Shown: piece after piece, positions 27,980 to 38,210 of the stretch | How the letters are laid out: each line of letters opens with the position of its first letter | How positions within the stretch are numbered: position 1 is the first letter of the stretch | NCBI GenBank assembly: GCA_963695225.1 | Contig: OY968762.1 | Coordinates: forward strand, 224,001 to 288,000 | Direction: 5' to 3' | Source: Vulcanimicrobiota bacterium | GTDB lineage: Bacteria; Vulcanimicrobiota; Vulcanimicrobiia; Vulcanimicrobiales; Vulcanimicrobiaceae | DNA length: 64,000 nt | Translations under genes and position numbers: made by a program | The notes under the pieces: generated by a model | Told to the model about the DNA's origin: nothing | Database searches by the model: none | The model's input: the letters and a program-made list of their open reading frames with translations, nothing else

Positions 27980-29469
27980 GCGCGGCCTGGATGGATGCCA
28001 CGGCGAGCGAGGTGGCTCGCGCGGTGAACGCGCGCGAGGTCTCGGCGAGCGAGATCGCCGCGGCCGCATTCGAGCGGATCGCCGAACGCGATGATGCGGT
28101 CGGCGCGTTCTTGACGCGAACGGAAGGGTTGGCCCGCGCGCACGCGCGCGAGGTCGATGCGAAGCTGGCCGCGGGTGAACGGCTGGCGCTGGCGGGCGTT
28201 CCGCTCGCGATCAAGGACAACATGTGCGTGACCGGAACGCGCACGACGTGCGGCTCGAAGATCCTCGAAAGCTGGATCGCGCCGTATACGGGGACGGCCG
28301 TGGCGCGCGCGCTTGCCGCGGGTGCGTTGCCGCTCGGCAAGACGAACCTCGACGAGTTCGCGATGGGGAGTTCCTGCGAGAACAGCGCGCTCGGCGTCAC
28401 GCGCAACCCGTGGGATCCGGGGCGCGTCCCGGGCGGTTCCTCCGGCGGGAGCGCAGCTTCCGTCGCGGCCCGCGAAGCGGCGCTCGCGCTCGGGAGCGAT
28501 ACCGGAGGATCGATCCGGGAACCCGCCGCGTTCTGCGGGATCGTGGGCTTCAAGCCGACGTACGGCCGAGTCTCGCGCTACGGGCTGATCGCGTTCGCAT
28601 CGAGCCTCGATCAGATCGGCCCGTTCGCGCGGACGGTGGAAGATGCGGCGCTACTCTACGACACGATCGCGGGGAAGGATCCGTTCGATGCGACCTCGGT
28701 CGACCGCCCGGTAGAGCCCGCGCGCGGCTCGCTGCGCGAGGATCTGAAGGGAGTGCGCGTCGGGATCGTCCGCGAATTCGATCTCGCGGCGCTCGAACCA
28801 GACGTGCGCGACGTCTATCGCGCCGCCTACGAAGACCTCGTCAAGCTCGGCGCCGAGCTCGTCGAAGTGGGGCTCCCGACGGCCGAACACGGTCTCGCGA
28901 CGTATTATCTGATCGCGCCGGCCGAGTGCTCGTCGAACCTCGCGCGTTTCGACGGGATGCGGTACGGCCTCCGCGTCGAGGGCGCCGACGTCGGGGCGAC
29001 CTACGAACGGACGCGCGCGGCGGGGTTCGGCGACGAAGTGAAACGCCGGATTCTCATAGGCACGTACGCGCTCTCGAGCGGATACTACGACGCCTACTAC
29101 GTGCGCGCGCAGAAGGCGCGCACGCTCCTCGGCAAGGATTTCGAGCGCGCGTTCGCAAGCTGCGATCTGATCGCTTGCCCCGCCGCCGCGAGCCCGGCCT
29201 TCGAGTTCAACGCGAAAGCCGACCCCTACAGCATGTACTTGATGGATTACTATACGATCCCGATGTCGCTCGCGGGGCTGCCTTCGCTCTCGGTTCCGTG
29301 CGGTTACGTGGAACGCGAAGGTCGCTCGCTCCCGCTCGGCCTCGAACTCTCGGCTCCGCTGTTCGGCGAGCGCTCGCTGCTCGCGAGCGCGCACGCCTAC
29401 GAGCGCGCGACGCGGCACGCGGAGCGCCTCGCTCCGCCGCCGGTCGCAGCTGCGGAGGGCCGCGCATGA
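27976..29469 (+). CDS. gatA: Asp/Glu-tRNA amidotransferase subunit A
   Basis: PGGSSGGSAA, GSDTGGSIR, SNLARFDG, EVKRRILIG. Confidence 0.98.
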   Translation: MSAAWMDATASEVARAVNAREVSASEIAAAAFERIAERDDAVGAFLTRTEGLARAHAREVDAKLAAGERLALAGVPLAIKDNMCVTGTRTTCGSKILESWIAPYTGTAVARALAAGALPLGKTNLDEFAMGSSCENSALGVTRNPWDPGRVPGGSSGGSAASVAAREAALALGSDTGGSIREPAAFCGIVGFKPTYGRVSRYGLIAFASSLDQIGPFARTVEDAALLYDTIAGKDPFDATSVDRPVEPARGSLREDLKGVRVGIVREFDLAALEPDVRDVYRAAYEDLVKLGAELVEVGLPTAEHGLATYYLIAPAECSSNLARFDGMRYGLRVEGADVGATYERTRAAGFGDEVKRRILIGTYALSSGYYDAYYVRAQKARTLLGKDFERAFASCDLIACPAAASPAFEFNAKADPYSMYLMDYYTIPMSLAGLPSLSVPCGYVEREGRSLPLGLELSAPLFGERSLLASAHAYERATRHAERLAPPPVAAAEGRA

Positions 29470-30971
29470 GCGGCGTGCGAACGGCCGTGCCGCGCGAACG
29501 CCGCGCCGCCTACGAAGCCGTGATCGGCATCGAATGCCACGTCGAGTTGCGGACCGAGACGAAGATGTTTTGCGGCTGCCGCAACGTCTTCGGCGCGGAG
29601 CCGAACACGAACGTGTGCCCCGTGTGCCTGGGGATGCCGGGGGCGCTCCCCGTCCCGAACGAGCGTGCGATCGAACATCTCGTCCACGCGGGCCTCGCGT
29701 TCGGCGCGACGATCCCCGCGTTCTCGAAGTTCGATCGGAAGAATTACTTCTATCCGGACATGCCCAAGAATTATCAGATCTCGCAGTTCGACATGCCGCT
29801 TACGCAAGGCGGGACGGTCACGTTCTGGCGGCACGACGGCACGCGCGGCGAGTGCCGGCTCACGCGCATCCACCTCGAAGAGGATACGGCGAAGTCGCTC
29901 CACGCGGGCTCCGGCGACGGGCGTATCGCCGGGAGCACGTATTCGCTCGTCGATTTCAATCGCGCCGGCGTCCCGCTCATGGAGTGCGTCGCGGAGCCGG
30001 ATATCCGCACTGCCGCCGATGCGGTCGCCTTCCTCGAAGCGCTCAAGCGCACGTTTGTCGCGCTCGGCGTCAGCGACGTGAAGATGGAAGAAGGCTCGCT
30101 ACGCTGCGACGCCAACGTCTCGGTCCGCCTCGCCGGCGCGAGCGAGTACGGCACGAAGGCCGAGATCAAGAACATGAACTCGTTCCGCTCCGTGCTGCGC
30201 GCGATCGAAAGCGAAGTCGAGCGGCAGATCGAGATCCTCGAAAGCGGCGGCCGCGTCATCCAGGAGACGCGCGGTTGGGACGAGGCCGAAGGGACGACGC
30301 ATTCGATGCGCAGCAAGGAGCAAGCGCACGATTATCGCTACTTCCCCGATCCCGATCTCTCCCCGATCGAGTTCTCGGAGGAGCGGATCGCGGAATTGCG
30401 CGCCGGCCTGCCCGCGCTGCCGCAGGAGCGGCTCGGCCGGATGATCGTCGAGGACAAGCTCTCCCCCGCGCAGGCGGTCCAGATCGTCGATACGCCGGGG
30501 CTCGCGGATTATTACGAAGCGGCGCTGGCGCTGACGAAGCAACCGCAGGCGACCGCGAATTTCGTGCTCGGCGATCTCTCGCGCCTCGCGAACGAGAGCG
30601 GAACGCGGATCGATCGCGGAGGCATGACGCCGGCGGCGCTCGCGGAACTCGTGGCGCTCACCGAAGCCGGAACGATCAACTCGAAGACGGCGAAGGACGT
30701 GCTCGGGCGCGTCTGGAGCGAGGGCGGTTCGCCGCGCGCGATCGTCGAGAGCGAGGGCCTGGGGCAGGTCAGCGACCTCGGCGCCGTCGATGCGCTGGTC
30801 CGCGAGGTGATGGCGGCGCAAACGAAATCCGTCGACGATTTCCGCGCGGGGAAAGAGAACGCGTTGAAGTTCCTCGTCGGCCAGGTGATGAAGGCGAGCC
30901 GCGGCAAAGCGAATCCGACGCTCGCCGAGGAGCGCTTGCGCGCGCTGATCGGGCCGAACGGCACGCCGTGA
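29466..30971 (+). CDS. gatB: Asp/Glu-tRNA amidotransferase subunit B
   Basis: VIGIECHVEL, FDRKNYFYPD, LRCDANVS, DYRYFPDPDL; ATGA overlap with gatA. Confidence 0.98.
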   Translation: MSGVRTAVPRERRAAYEAVIGIECHVELRTETKMFCGCRNVFGAEPNTNVCPVCLGMPGALPVPNERAIEHLVHAGLAFGATIPAFSKFDRKNYFYPDMPKNYQISQFDMPLTQGGTVTFWRHDGTRGECRLTRIHLEEDTAKSLHAGSGDGRIAGSTYSLVDFNRAGVPLMECVAEPDIRTAADAVAFLEALKRTFVALGVSDVKMEEGSLRCDANVSVRLAGASEYGTKAEIKNMNSFRSVLRAIESEVERQIEILESGGRVIQETRGWDEAEGTTHSMRSKEQAHDYRYFPDPDLSPIEFSEERIAELRAGLPALPQERLGRMIVEDKLSPAQAVQIVDTPGLADYYEAALALTKQPQATANFVLGDLSRLANESGTRIDRGGMTPAALAELVALTEAGTINSKTAKDVLGRVWSEGGSPRAIVESEGLGQVSDLGAVDALVREVMAAQTKSVDDFRAGKENALKFLVGQVMKASRGKANPTLAEERLRALIGPNGTP

Positions 30972-33319
30972 GCTTCCCGGCGCTCGCCGACGAGCGCAGC
31001 CTCGAGACGCTCGACTTCAGTGCGATCCGCGCGCGGCTCGCGCGGCATACGGCGACCGACCGCGCGCACGCGCGCGCGGTCGAACTCGTCCCGGGCGGCG
31101 ATCTCGAGGTGATCCGCTTGGAGCAAGCGGCAACGGCCGAGATGCGGGAGATCGCCGGCGACGCCGCGTTCGCGTTGCCGCGCGTCGTCGAAACGCGCGA
31201 CGCGGTGGCGCGCGCCGCGCGCGGCTCGACGCTCTCGCCGGACGAACTGCGCGCGATCGCCGTCGCCGTCGCGGCGGCCGCCGCCGCGGTCAAGCGGATC
31301 GACGAAGCGCAGGCGCCCGTCCTCCAAGCCCGCTGCGCCGGAGCGATGCCCCTTGGGGATCTCGCGCGGCGCATCGACGGCGCGATCGGGGAGCGCGGCG
31401 AGGTGCTCGACCGGGCCTCCCCCGCGCTCGGGCGGATCCGACGGGGCGTCGCGCACGCGATCGAAGATGCGCGCGCGCGCTGCCAGGCGTTGCTGCGCTC
31501 CTCGCAGTTCTCGAAGGCGATCCAGGATTCGGTCGTGACGGTCCGCGACGGGCGCTTCGTGATTCCGGTGAAGGCCGAGTTCCAGAACGCGATCCCCGGC
31601 GTCGTGCACGATACCTCCTCGAGCGGGCAGACGCTGTTCGTGGAGCCGCTCGGCGCGCTGGAGTGCAACAACCGCCTGCGCACGCTGCGCTTGGAAGAAG
31701 AACGCGAGGTCGCGCGGGTTCTCGCCGAGCTCTCCGGTGACGTCGGCGCCCGCGCCGCCGCCGTCGAGGCGAATTGCGAAGCGCTCGCCGAGATCGATTT
31801 CGTGCTCGCGCGAGCGCGCCTCGCCGAGGAGATGCGAGCGATCGCGCCGGCGATCGTCGCCGAGCCGCGCCTGGAGATCTACGCCGGGAGGCACCCGCTC
31901 CTCGGCGAACGGGCCGTCCCGCAGTCGTTCGGCCTCGGGGCGGAGCAGCGCATCATCGTGATCAGCGGGCCGAACATGGGCGGCAAGACCGTGACGCTCA
32001 AGCTCGCGGGATTGCTCGTGCTGATGGCTGCCTGCGGGATGCAGGTGCCCTGCGCCGACGGGACGACGATCGGCGGGTTCACGCGCGTCGCGTGCGGGAT
32101 CGGCGACGAACAGTCGATCGCGGAGAACGCTTCCACGTTTTCGGCGCACGTCGAGCGCTTGCGCGTGATTCTCGAAGGCGCCGATTCGCGCAGCTTGATC
32201 CTGATCGACGAGATCGCAAGCGGGACGGAGCCCGCCGCCGGCGCCGCGCTGGGGGTCGCGATCCTCGAGTATCTGCTCGCCTGCGGAGCGCGCGCGATCG
32301 TCACGACGCATTCGACGGAGCTCAAACTGTTCGCGCACTCGACGGACGGCGTCGTGAACGCGAGCGCGCGCTTCGACGCGGCGACGTACGCGCCGACGTA
32401 CGAGCTCGATATCGGTGCGCCGGGCCAATCGCTCGCGTTCCCGCTCGCGCGCTCGCTCGGGCTCGCGCCGGGGATCGTCGATCGAGCCGAGACGCTCCTT
32501 TCGGAGAACGAACGCGATTACGACAAGGCGCTTGCGGAGCTGGCCGAGATCCGCGGGCAAGCCGCCGGCGAACGCGACGCGCTCGCGCGCGAGCGCGCGC
32601 ACTTGGCCGCGCTCCAGGATACGGCGCGCCGCCGCGCCGAGGCGCTCGAGAAGGAGCGTCGTGCCTTCGCGCAAACCGCCGACGAGCGGCTAGCCAGGGC
32701 GCTGCGCGACTTCACGGCCGAGCTCGAACGCCGCGCGCGGGAGAACGAGGCCGTCCGCACGCGCGTTCGCGTCACGCAAGGACAGGCCTCGCTCCTGGGC
32801 CGCGTGCTCGACGACGTGCATCGCGATCTCGGCGTCTCGGCGCGCCCCGAGCGCGCGGCCGAGATCGCGCGGATCGGCGTCGGCGACAACGTCGCCGTTG
32901 AATCGTTCGGCAGCGAAGGCCTCGTCGTGGCGGATTACGGCGAGACGGCGCTGGTCGCGATCGGTTCGATGAAGATGGTCGTGCCGAAGGCGGAACTGCG
33001 CTTGCGGAGCCGCGCCGGCGCCGAGCGCCCGGGGCGCGTTCGCCGCGGCGATACCACGCTCGATGCCGCGTCGAACGCGAGCATCGAGCTCGACGTGCGC
33101 GGGAAACGCTACGTCGAAGCCGAGCCGCTCGTCGAGCAATGGATCGACGAAGCGAAGCTGCTCGGCCTCTCGCATCTGCGGCTGATCCACGGGAAGGGAA
33201 CGGGCCTGCTCGGCCGCGGCCTGCAGGAATACTTGAAGGCAACCGAGGGCGTGCGGGCCGTGCGGTACGGAAACGCGGACGAGGGCGGGAGCGGCGTGAC
33301 GGTCTTCGAACTTGCCTAG
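30968..33319 (+). CDS. mutS2: MutS2 endonuclease/ATPase with Smr domain
   Basis: HDTSSSGQTLFVEP, GPNMGGKT, IGDEQSI, STFSAH, IHGKGTG. Confidence 0.95.
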   Translation: MSFPALADERSLETLDFSAIRARLARHTATDRAHARAVELVPGGDLEVIRLEQAATAEMREIAGDAAFALPRVVETRDAVARAARGSTLSPDELRAIAVAVAAAAAAVKRIDEAQAPVLQARCAGAMPLGDLARRIDGAIGERGEVLDRASPALGRIRRGVAHAIEDARARCQALLRSSQFSKAIQDSVVTVRDGRFVIPVKAEFQNAIPGVVHDTSSSGQTLFVEPLGALECNNRLRTLRLEEEREVARVLAELSGDVGARAAAVEANCEALAEIDFVLARARLAEEMRAIAPAIVAEPRLEIYAGRHPLLGERAVPQSFGLGAEQRIIVISGPNMGGKTVTLKLAGLLVLMAACGMQVPCADGTTIGGFTRVACGIGDEQSIAENASTFSAHVERLRVILEGADSRSLILIDEIASGTEPAAGAALGVAILEYLLACGARAIVTTHSTELKLFAHSTDGVVNASARFDAATYAPTYELDIGAPGQSLAFPLARSLGLAPGIVDRAETLLSENERDYDKALAELAEIRGQAAGERDALARERAHLAALQDTARRRAEALEKERRAFAQTADERLARALRDFTAELERRARENEAVRTRVRVTQGQASLLGRVLDDVHRDLGVSARPERAAEIARIGVGDNVAVESFGSEGLVVADYGETALVAIGSMKMVVPKAELRLRSRAGAERPGRVRRGDTTLDAASNASIELDVRGKRYVEAEPLVEQWIDEAKLLGLSHLRLIHGKGTGLLGRGLQEYLKATEGVRAVRYGNADEGGSGVTVFELA

Positions 33320-33324
33320 CTAGG

Positions 33325-34527
33325 ATGACTGCACTGCAAGGCCCCTCGCCGCGCGAGCAAGCGGCGGTTCTCATCGAGAGTTGCGACCATGTGGAGACGC
33401 TGGCCGAACTCGAAACGCGGCTCGCCGCCAAACCTCGCCTGACGGTCAAGCTGGGCATCGATCCGACGGGGGCGTTCCTGCACCTCGGGCATGCGGTCGT
33501 GTTGCACAAGATGCAGCAGTTCGTCGAGTTCGGGCATCGCGTGATCTTGATCATCGGCGATTTCACCGCAAAGATCGGCGATCCGACCGGGCGCAGCGAG
33601 CTGCGTCCGAATCTGACCGACGCCGAGATCGCGGAAAACATGCGCGAGTATCGCGAACAAGCGGGGAAGATCCTCGATCTCGAGCGGATCGAGGTGATGT
33701 TCAATTCGAGCTGGCTCTCGAAGTTGACGCTGGCCGACATGATCGGCCTGATGGCGAAGACGACGGTCGCGCAGATGCTCGCGCGCAACGATTTCTCGAT
33801 CCGGTACGGGAACGGAACGCCGATCGCGCTGCACGAGTTCCTCTATCCGATCGCGCAGTCGTACGATAGCGTCGCGATCGAGGCCGACGTCGAACTCGGC
33901 GGATCGGACCAGCTCTTCAACCTGCTGCTCGGGCGCGAGTACCAGAAGCATGCGGGGCAGGCTCCGCAGATCTGCCTCACGACGCCGATCCTAGAGGGGA
34001 CCGACGGCGTCGTGCGGATGGGGAAATCACGCGGCAACTACGTCGGGCTGACGGAACCGGCGGCCGAACAGTTCGGCAAACTCATGCGGATCCCGGACGA
34101 AACGATCGCGCGCTACGCGCTGCTCGCCGCGTTCCGGCCGGCGACGGAATGCGAGCGCTTGGAGGCCGGGCTGCGCGACGGTTCCGTTGCACCGATGGCG
34201 GCGAAGAAAGCTCTCGCCGAAGAGATCGTCGCCCGCTATCACGGGGCGGCCGCCGCGCAGGCCGCGCGGGAGCGCTTCGAATCGGCGCACCAGCGGCGCG
34301 AGATTCCGGCGGACATCCCGGAAGCGCGGGTGGCCGGCGCGAAGACGGTCGCCGACGCGCTCGTCGCCGTCGGCTTCGCGCAGAGCAAACGCGAGGCTGA
34401 ACGCTTGATCGACGGAGGCGGCGTCAAATTGGACGGGAGCCCCGTGGTCGATTCGAAACTCCGCTGGAATCCGCCGGGTCCCGTCGTCCTGTCGGTGGGC
34501 ACGCGACGTTTCGTGCGCATCGTCTGA
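33325..34527 (+). CDS. tyrS: Tyrosine-tRNA ligase
   Basis: KLGIDPT...LHLGH, ELGGSDQLFN, RMGKS (KMSKS variant), C-terminal S4 domain. Confidence 0.97.
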   Translation: MTALQGPSPREQAAVLIESCDHVETLAELETRLAAKPRLTVKLGIDPTGAFLHLGHAVVLHKMQQFVEFGHRVILIIGDFTAKIGDPTGRSELRPNLTDAEIAENMREYREQAGKILDLERIEVMFNSSWLSKLTLADMIGLMAKTTVAQMLARNDFSIRYGNGTPIALHEFLYPIAQSYDSVAIEADVELGGSDQLFNLLLGREYQKHAGQAPQICLTTPILEGTDGVVRMGKSRGNYVGLTEPAAEQFGKLMRIPDETIARYALLAAFRPATECERLEAGLRDGSVAPMAAKKALAEEIVARYHGAAAAQAARERFESAHQRREIPADIPEARVAGAKTVADALVAVGFAQSKREAERLIDGGGVKLDGSPVVDSKLRWNPPGPVVLSVGTRRFVRIV

Positions 34528-34546
34528 TCCGAAGAGGGAGGCTCCC

Positions 34547-34759
34547 GTGTCGTCAGGCCCCGAGAGCTCTTTGCCCGCGAACACCTACTCGGGACGGGGG
34601 CCGCTGCGCGGCCCGGCGTTCACCTGCCGGCGGTGCGGGCGTGCCTACGAGCTGCCGAGAGAGAGCTCCCCGCCGATTCGCTGCGAATGCGGCTGGTGGT
34701 ATGCCTACCGCGACGGCGTGATCATCGAGGAGTTCCGCTCCCGGCTCAGCGGCGGTTAG
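34547..34759 (+). CDS. Small zinc-ribbon-like protein (70 aa)
   Basis: GGGAGG SD; CRRC...CEC motif. Confidence 0.65.
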   Translation: MSSGPESSLPANTYSGRGPLRGPAFTCRRCGRAYELPRESSPPIRCECGWWYAYRDGVIIEEFRSRLSGG

Positions 34760-35639
34760 CCAGGCGTTCCGCGAGCGCCCGGACTTCCGCCTTCGAAAAC
34801 ACGTAGCTGGCGCGGCAGAAATCGCAGATCGCGTCGGTCTGCGGGTCCTGGTTCGCCATGTCGACCAGCTCGTCGTGTCCGAGGCTGAGGAGCGCGAGTT
34901 CGACCTTCTCCCGCGAGCAGCGGCACCACGGCTCGACCGGATACTCGCCGATGGAGTGGATCGACTGCGTTCCGGCGATCGCGCGCACGATATCCTGCGC
35001 GCCGGCCCCGGCGCCGATCTGCGCCGTGATGGCCGGCATCGCCCGCACGCGTTCCTCGAGCGCGGCGATCGTGCGTTCGTCGGCACCGGGCATCACTTGA
35101 GCGACGGCGCCTCCGGCGACGACGACCCCCTGCGAGTTCACGAGGACGCCGAGCGCGATCGCGCTCGGGATCTGTTGAGAATTCGCTAGGTAGGAGGCGA
35201 GATCGTCCCCGATCTCCCCGGTCACGAGTGGGACGACGCCGACGTACGGCTGCCCTATTTCATAGGATTTCGTCACCTGCAGGCGGCCCTCGCCCACGGC
35301 GCCGCCGACGTCGAGCTTCCCGCGCGAATTCGGCGGGAGGTCGACGCCCGGCTCGTTTGCGAAGCCTCGAACGCCGATCGTCCGTCCGGCGACGAATTGG
35401 GCGTCCGCGACGAGGCCGCGCAAGGGGCCGTTGCTCGAGATTTGGAGCGTGACGCGCTCGCGCCCCTTGAGGCTCGCACCCAGGAGGGCGGCCCCCGTCA
35501 TGAGCCGCCCGAGCGCCGCCGTCGCCGTCGCCGCCGCACCGTGCCGGCGCTGCGCGTCGCTTACCAGGGCCGTCGTGACGCCGGCTGCGATCGAGATCGA
35601 CCCGTCGGACGAGGTCGCGGTGACGATGTGGTCAGGCAC
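34746..35639 (-). CDS. hslO: Redox-regulated chaperone Hsp33
   Basis: [22 protein letters not shown]...CDFC zinc switch. Confidence 0.96.
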   Translation of the reverse strand: MPDHIVTATSSDGSISIAAGVTTALVSDAQRRHGAAATATAALGRLMTGAALLGASLKGRERVTLQISSNGPLRGLVADAQFVAGRTIGVRGFANEPGVDLPPNSRGKLDVGGAVGEGRLQVTKSYEIGQPYVGVVPLVTGEIGDDLASYLANSQQIPSAIALGVLVNSQGVVVAGGAVAQVMPGADERTIAALEERVRAMPAITAQIGAGAGAQDIVRAIAGTQSIHSIGEYPVEPWCRCSREKVELALLSLGHDELVDMANQDPQTDAICDFCRASYVFSKAEVRALAERLANRR

Positions 35640-35689
35640 GCCCCCGCTCTTTCCGAGGGCGCGCCCATTTCCTGCGCGAAGCCGCCCGC

Positions 35690-36139
35690 GTGAACGTTCT
35701 GGTCATCCATGGGCCGAATCTGAATCTGCTCGGGACGCGCGAGCCCGGCGTCTACGGCTCGACGACGCTCGGTGAGATCGACGAGCTGATCGCGCGCGAG
35801 GCCGGGGCCTTGGGGCTCCACGTTCGGTGCGTGCAGCACAACTCCGAGGGTGCGATCATCGACGAACTCCACGCCGCCCGCGGGACCGTCGACGGCATCA
35901 TCATCAATCCCGGGGCGTACACCCATTACGCCTATGCCATCCGCGACGCGATCGCGGCCGTCGAGCTACCCGCCGTCGAGGTTCACCTTTCGAACACGCA
36001 GGCGCGCGAACCGTTCAGGGCGCACAGCGTCGTCTCCGCGGTGTGTCGCGGAACGATCGCCGGGTTCGGGCCGACGTCGTATCTGTTGGCGCTCCGGGCA
36101 TTGGCCGAGGCGCTCGGCGGAGAGCGCCGGAAACCCTGA
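35690..36139 (+). CDS. aroQ: Type II 3-dehydroquinate dehydratase
   Basis: [27 protein letters not shown]. Confidence 0.98.
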   Translation: MNVLVIHGPNLNLLGTREPGVYGSTTLGEIDELIAREAGALGLHVRCVQHNSEGAIIDELHAARGTVDGIIINPGAYTHYAYAIRDAIAAVELPAVEVHLSNTQAREPFRAHSVVSAVCRGTIAGFGPTSYLLALRALAEALGGERRKP

Positions 36140-36249
36140 AAGAATCAAGGATTCTCGTGCAATTTGGCGCAGGAGCGCCTAGGTGGCCTGCAAATAACGC
36201 TGGTCAAGTCTGAGGTAATAGTAACTCGTCATCTTTTGGAGATCGAACG

Positions 36250-36597
36250 TTGACAAAAGCCGAACTCGTTGATGTTTTGGCGGCTGATACGGAACTCTCG
36301 AAGCGCCAGGTCGGCGAAGTCGTCGATTTGTTGCTCGACACCATCAAGAGCGCGCTGGTGAAGGGTCAGAAGGTGCAACTGATTCCCTTCGGCAGCTTCG
36401 TCGTGCGCGACCGTAAGAAGCGCGAAGGCCGCAACCCGAAGACGGGTGAGAAACTGGTCATCGCGGCGCGACGCGTTCCAGCTTTTCAGGCCGGCAAGGG
36501 TTTGAAGGACGCCGTCGGCGGACCCAAGCGCGCGGCCGGTGCGAAGAAGGCCGCTGCTAAGAAGGCCCCGGCGAAGAAGAAGGCCGCACGCCGCTAA
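36250..36597 (+). CDS. hup: HU DNA-binding protein with a Lys/Ala-rich tail
   Basis: MTKAELV, FGSF, REGRNPKTGE, AKKAAAKKAPAKKK tail. Confidence 0.96.
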   Translation: MTKAELVDVLAADTELSKRQVGEVVDLLLDTIKSALVKGQKVQLIPFGSFVVRDRKKREGRNPKTGEKLVIAARRVPAFQAGKGLKDAVGGPKRAAGAKKAAAKKAPAKKKAARR

Positions 36598-36651
36598 GCG
36601 TTCGTTCGTTCCTCGGGCCTTCCGCGCCGAACGCATCTATAGAACGCATGG

Positions 36652-36685
36652 AAGAAGCGCCGTTGCCGGCGCTTCTTTTGGTTTT
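36652..36685 (+). terminator. Intrinsic terminator after HU
   Basis: AAGAAGCGCCG-TTGC-CGGCGCTTCTT plus TTGGTTTT. Confidence 0.75.
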
Positions 36686-36708
36686 GCGCTCTCGCCGCAG
36701 CGCCGCGC

Positions 36709-37311
36709 TCACTCGAACGTGCGTTGCATCTCGTAGAGTTGGACCTGCAGCCCGAACGCACGGGCGGCCGCCGTCACGTTCTCCCACGCTTCGCGGATGC
36801 CGGGAACGCTCGCCGCTCCGAAGCCGATGCCGGTCACGAGTGCGCCGACGCGCTCGTGCTCGATGGGGCACGAGCGCAGATCCGCGATCGTTTGCTCCGT
36901 CATCCGCACGATCGCTCGAGCCGAGGCGGGGCGCGTCGTGCGGACGCGCTCGCACAGCGCTCCGAGCGCCGCGACGAGGCGCTCGCGTTCGTGCTCGCTA
37001 GGATCGGGCTCGATCTCGGCGAGCGCGCCGGCGGATTCTTCGCCGGGAGCTTCTTTCGCAAGCAGGATCATGCGCGTCCCGCGCCTGCGGTGCAACGTGA
37101 AATCGAGCAGACCCTTTCCGTCGAGCGCGTGCAGCGCGGATTGAGCCTCGTCGCTCGAGATGCCCGCGAGTTCGCGCGCGATGGTCCGGGCGGCGGTCGC
37201 GAAGTACACGTACGGCAGGTTCATGACGACGAGCCCGCCGGGCCCTTTCGAACGCAGCCATTCGAAGATGCGGTAGTGGGGCGGCGTGTCCGATGCAGAC
37301 GATTCGTCCAT
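36709..37311 (-). CDS. Hypothetical protein, possible N-terminal winged HTH
   Basis: TIARELAGISSDEAQSALHALDGKGLLDF resembles a wHTH; fills the gap between HU and the tRNA. Confidence 0.6.
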   Translation of the reverse strand: MDESSASDTPPHYRIFEWLRSKGPGGLVVMNLPYVYFATAARTIARELAGISSDEAQSALHALDGKGLLDFTLHRRRGTRMILLAKEAPGEESAGALAEIEPDPSEHERERLVAALGALCERVRTTRPASARAIVRMTEQTIADLRSCPIEHERVGALVTGIGFGAASVPGIREAWENVTAAARAFGLQVQLYEMQRTFE

Positions 37312-37356
37312 GCGGCGTCACTTCGACATTCTCGCCGGAAGCCTTGATCCGCGAAC

Positions 37357-37386
37357 CGGCCTCCCCGGCCGCGGCCGGGGAGGCCG
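37357..37386. repeat. Perfect 30-bp GC-rich palindrome
   Basis: CGGCCTCCCCGGCCG|CGGCCGGGGAGGCCG. Confidence 0.9.
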
Positions 37387-37433
37387 CGTCCCCTGAATGG
37401 ACCGGAGCGTGGGACTCCGAAGGAGCCCTCAGA

Positions 37434-37510
37434 CGGGTAGTAGCGCAGCTTGGTAGCGCACCAGTCTGGGGGACTGGGGGTCGCAGGTTCAAATCCTGTC
37501 TACCCGACCA
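37434..37510 (+). tRNA. tRNA-Pro (GGG)
   Basis: CGGGTAG/CTACCCG acceptor stem, CCAGT-CTGGGGG-ACTGG anticodon arm, GTTCAAAT, encoded CCA. Confidence 0.97.
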
Positions 37511-37513
37511 ATC

Positions 37514-37552
37514 GAAGAAGCCCCGCAGGGCACGGCGCTGCGGGGCTTCTTC
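37514..37552. terminator. Bidirectional terminator hairpin after tRNA-Pro
   Basis: GAAGAAGCCCCGCAG / CTGCGGGGCTTCTTC 15-bp stem. Confidence 0.75.
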
Positions 37553-37572
37553 ATTCGAGCGAGCGCGTCGCT

Positions 37573-38094
37573 CTACTTGTGAGGGGGCGTCGCGTTCGGA
37601 GCGGCTGTGGATGCCGGGGCCGCCGAAGCGCCTGGAGCGGCTTGATCGGGCGCCTTCCAGGCGGTGCCGTCTTGCGACGTCGCGGCGAGGACCGTGCAGC
37701 GCAGTTTGGCGACGTCTTTTCCGACGTCTTTCGTGTCGAAGCGCGTGGACTTCTGCACCGGCGCGCCCTTGCCGAACGATCCCGTGATATCGAAGTCCGT
37801 GCTTCCGAGAACCGTTCCGGCGTCGTTGAGCCCTTCGAAGCGAATGCTGACCTCCGTGAGCGGCGCATCTTGGAGGTTCGCAAAGACGATGACGGTTTGG
37901 AATCTCGTATACGGGTTCGCCATCGAGCCGCGTGGAGCACCGATGCATTTCGATACGTCGATCGGCGAGCCGGGCGGATTGACGACGGTGACGTCGTCCT
38001 TGGCGAATCCGTTGAGCGAAACGGCGGCGATCGCCGGCGCGGTGCATGCAAAGACGACCGTCGACAGAGCGATCGATAAAGAGCGCGGTCGCAT
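37573..38094 (-). CDS. Secreted hypothetical protein (Ig-like beta sandwich suspected)
   Basis: AGGAG SD, signal peptide, two Cys in the mature part, beta-strand pattern, Ala/Pro-rich tail. Confidence 0.65.
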   Translation of the reverse strand: MRPRSLSIALSTVVFACTAPAIAAVSLNGFAKDDVTVVNPPGSPIDVSKCIGAPRGSMANPYTRFQTVIVFANLQDAPLTEVSIRFEGLNDAGTVLGSTDFDITGSFGKGAPVQKSTRFDTKDVGKDVAKLRCTVLAATSQDGTAWKAPDQAAPGASAAPASTAAPNATPPHK

Positions 38095-38210
38095 AACCGA
38101 ATCTCCTGAGTGCGCAGTGACCAGTTCCCGGCGTTCGCCGGGCGAAAGCCGCCTCCTCGACGCGCGAACGTCGTAGGAACCCGCCCGCTCGTCCGCGCAC
38201 GTGAACGAAG

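Noticed and set aside
28224..33324. Apparent long N-terminal extensions or fusions of gatB, mutS2 and tyrS (likewise carA, pdxH, Uma2, hutH) in the ORF track
   Set aside because: Artefacts of taking the most upstream start; the true starts abut or overlap the previous gene's stop.
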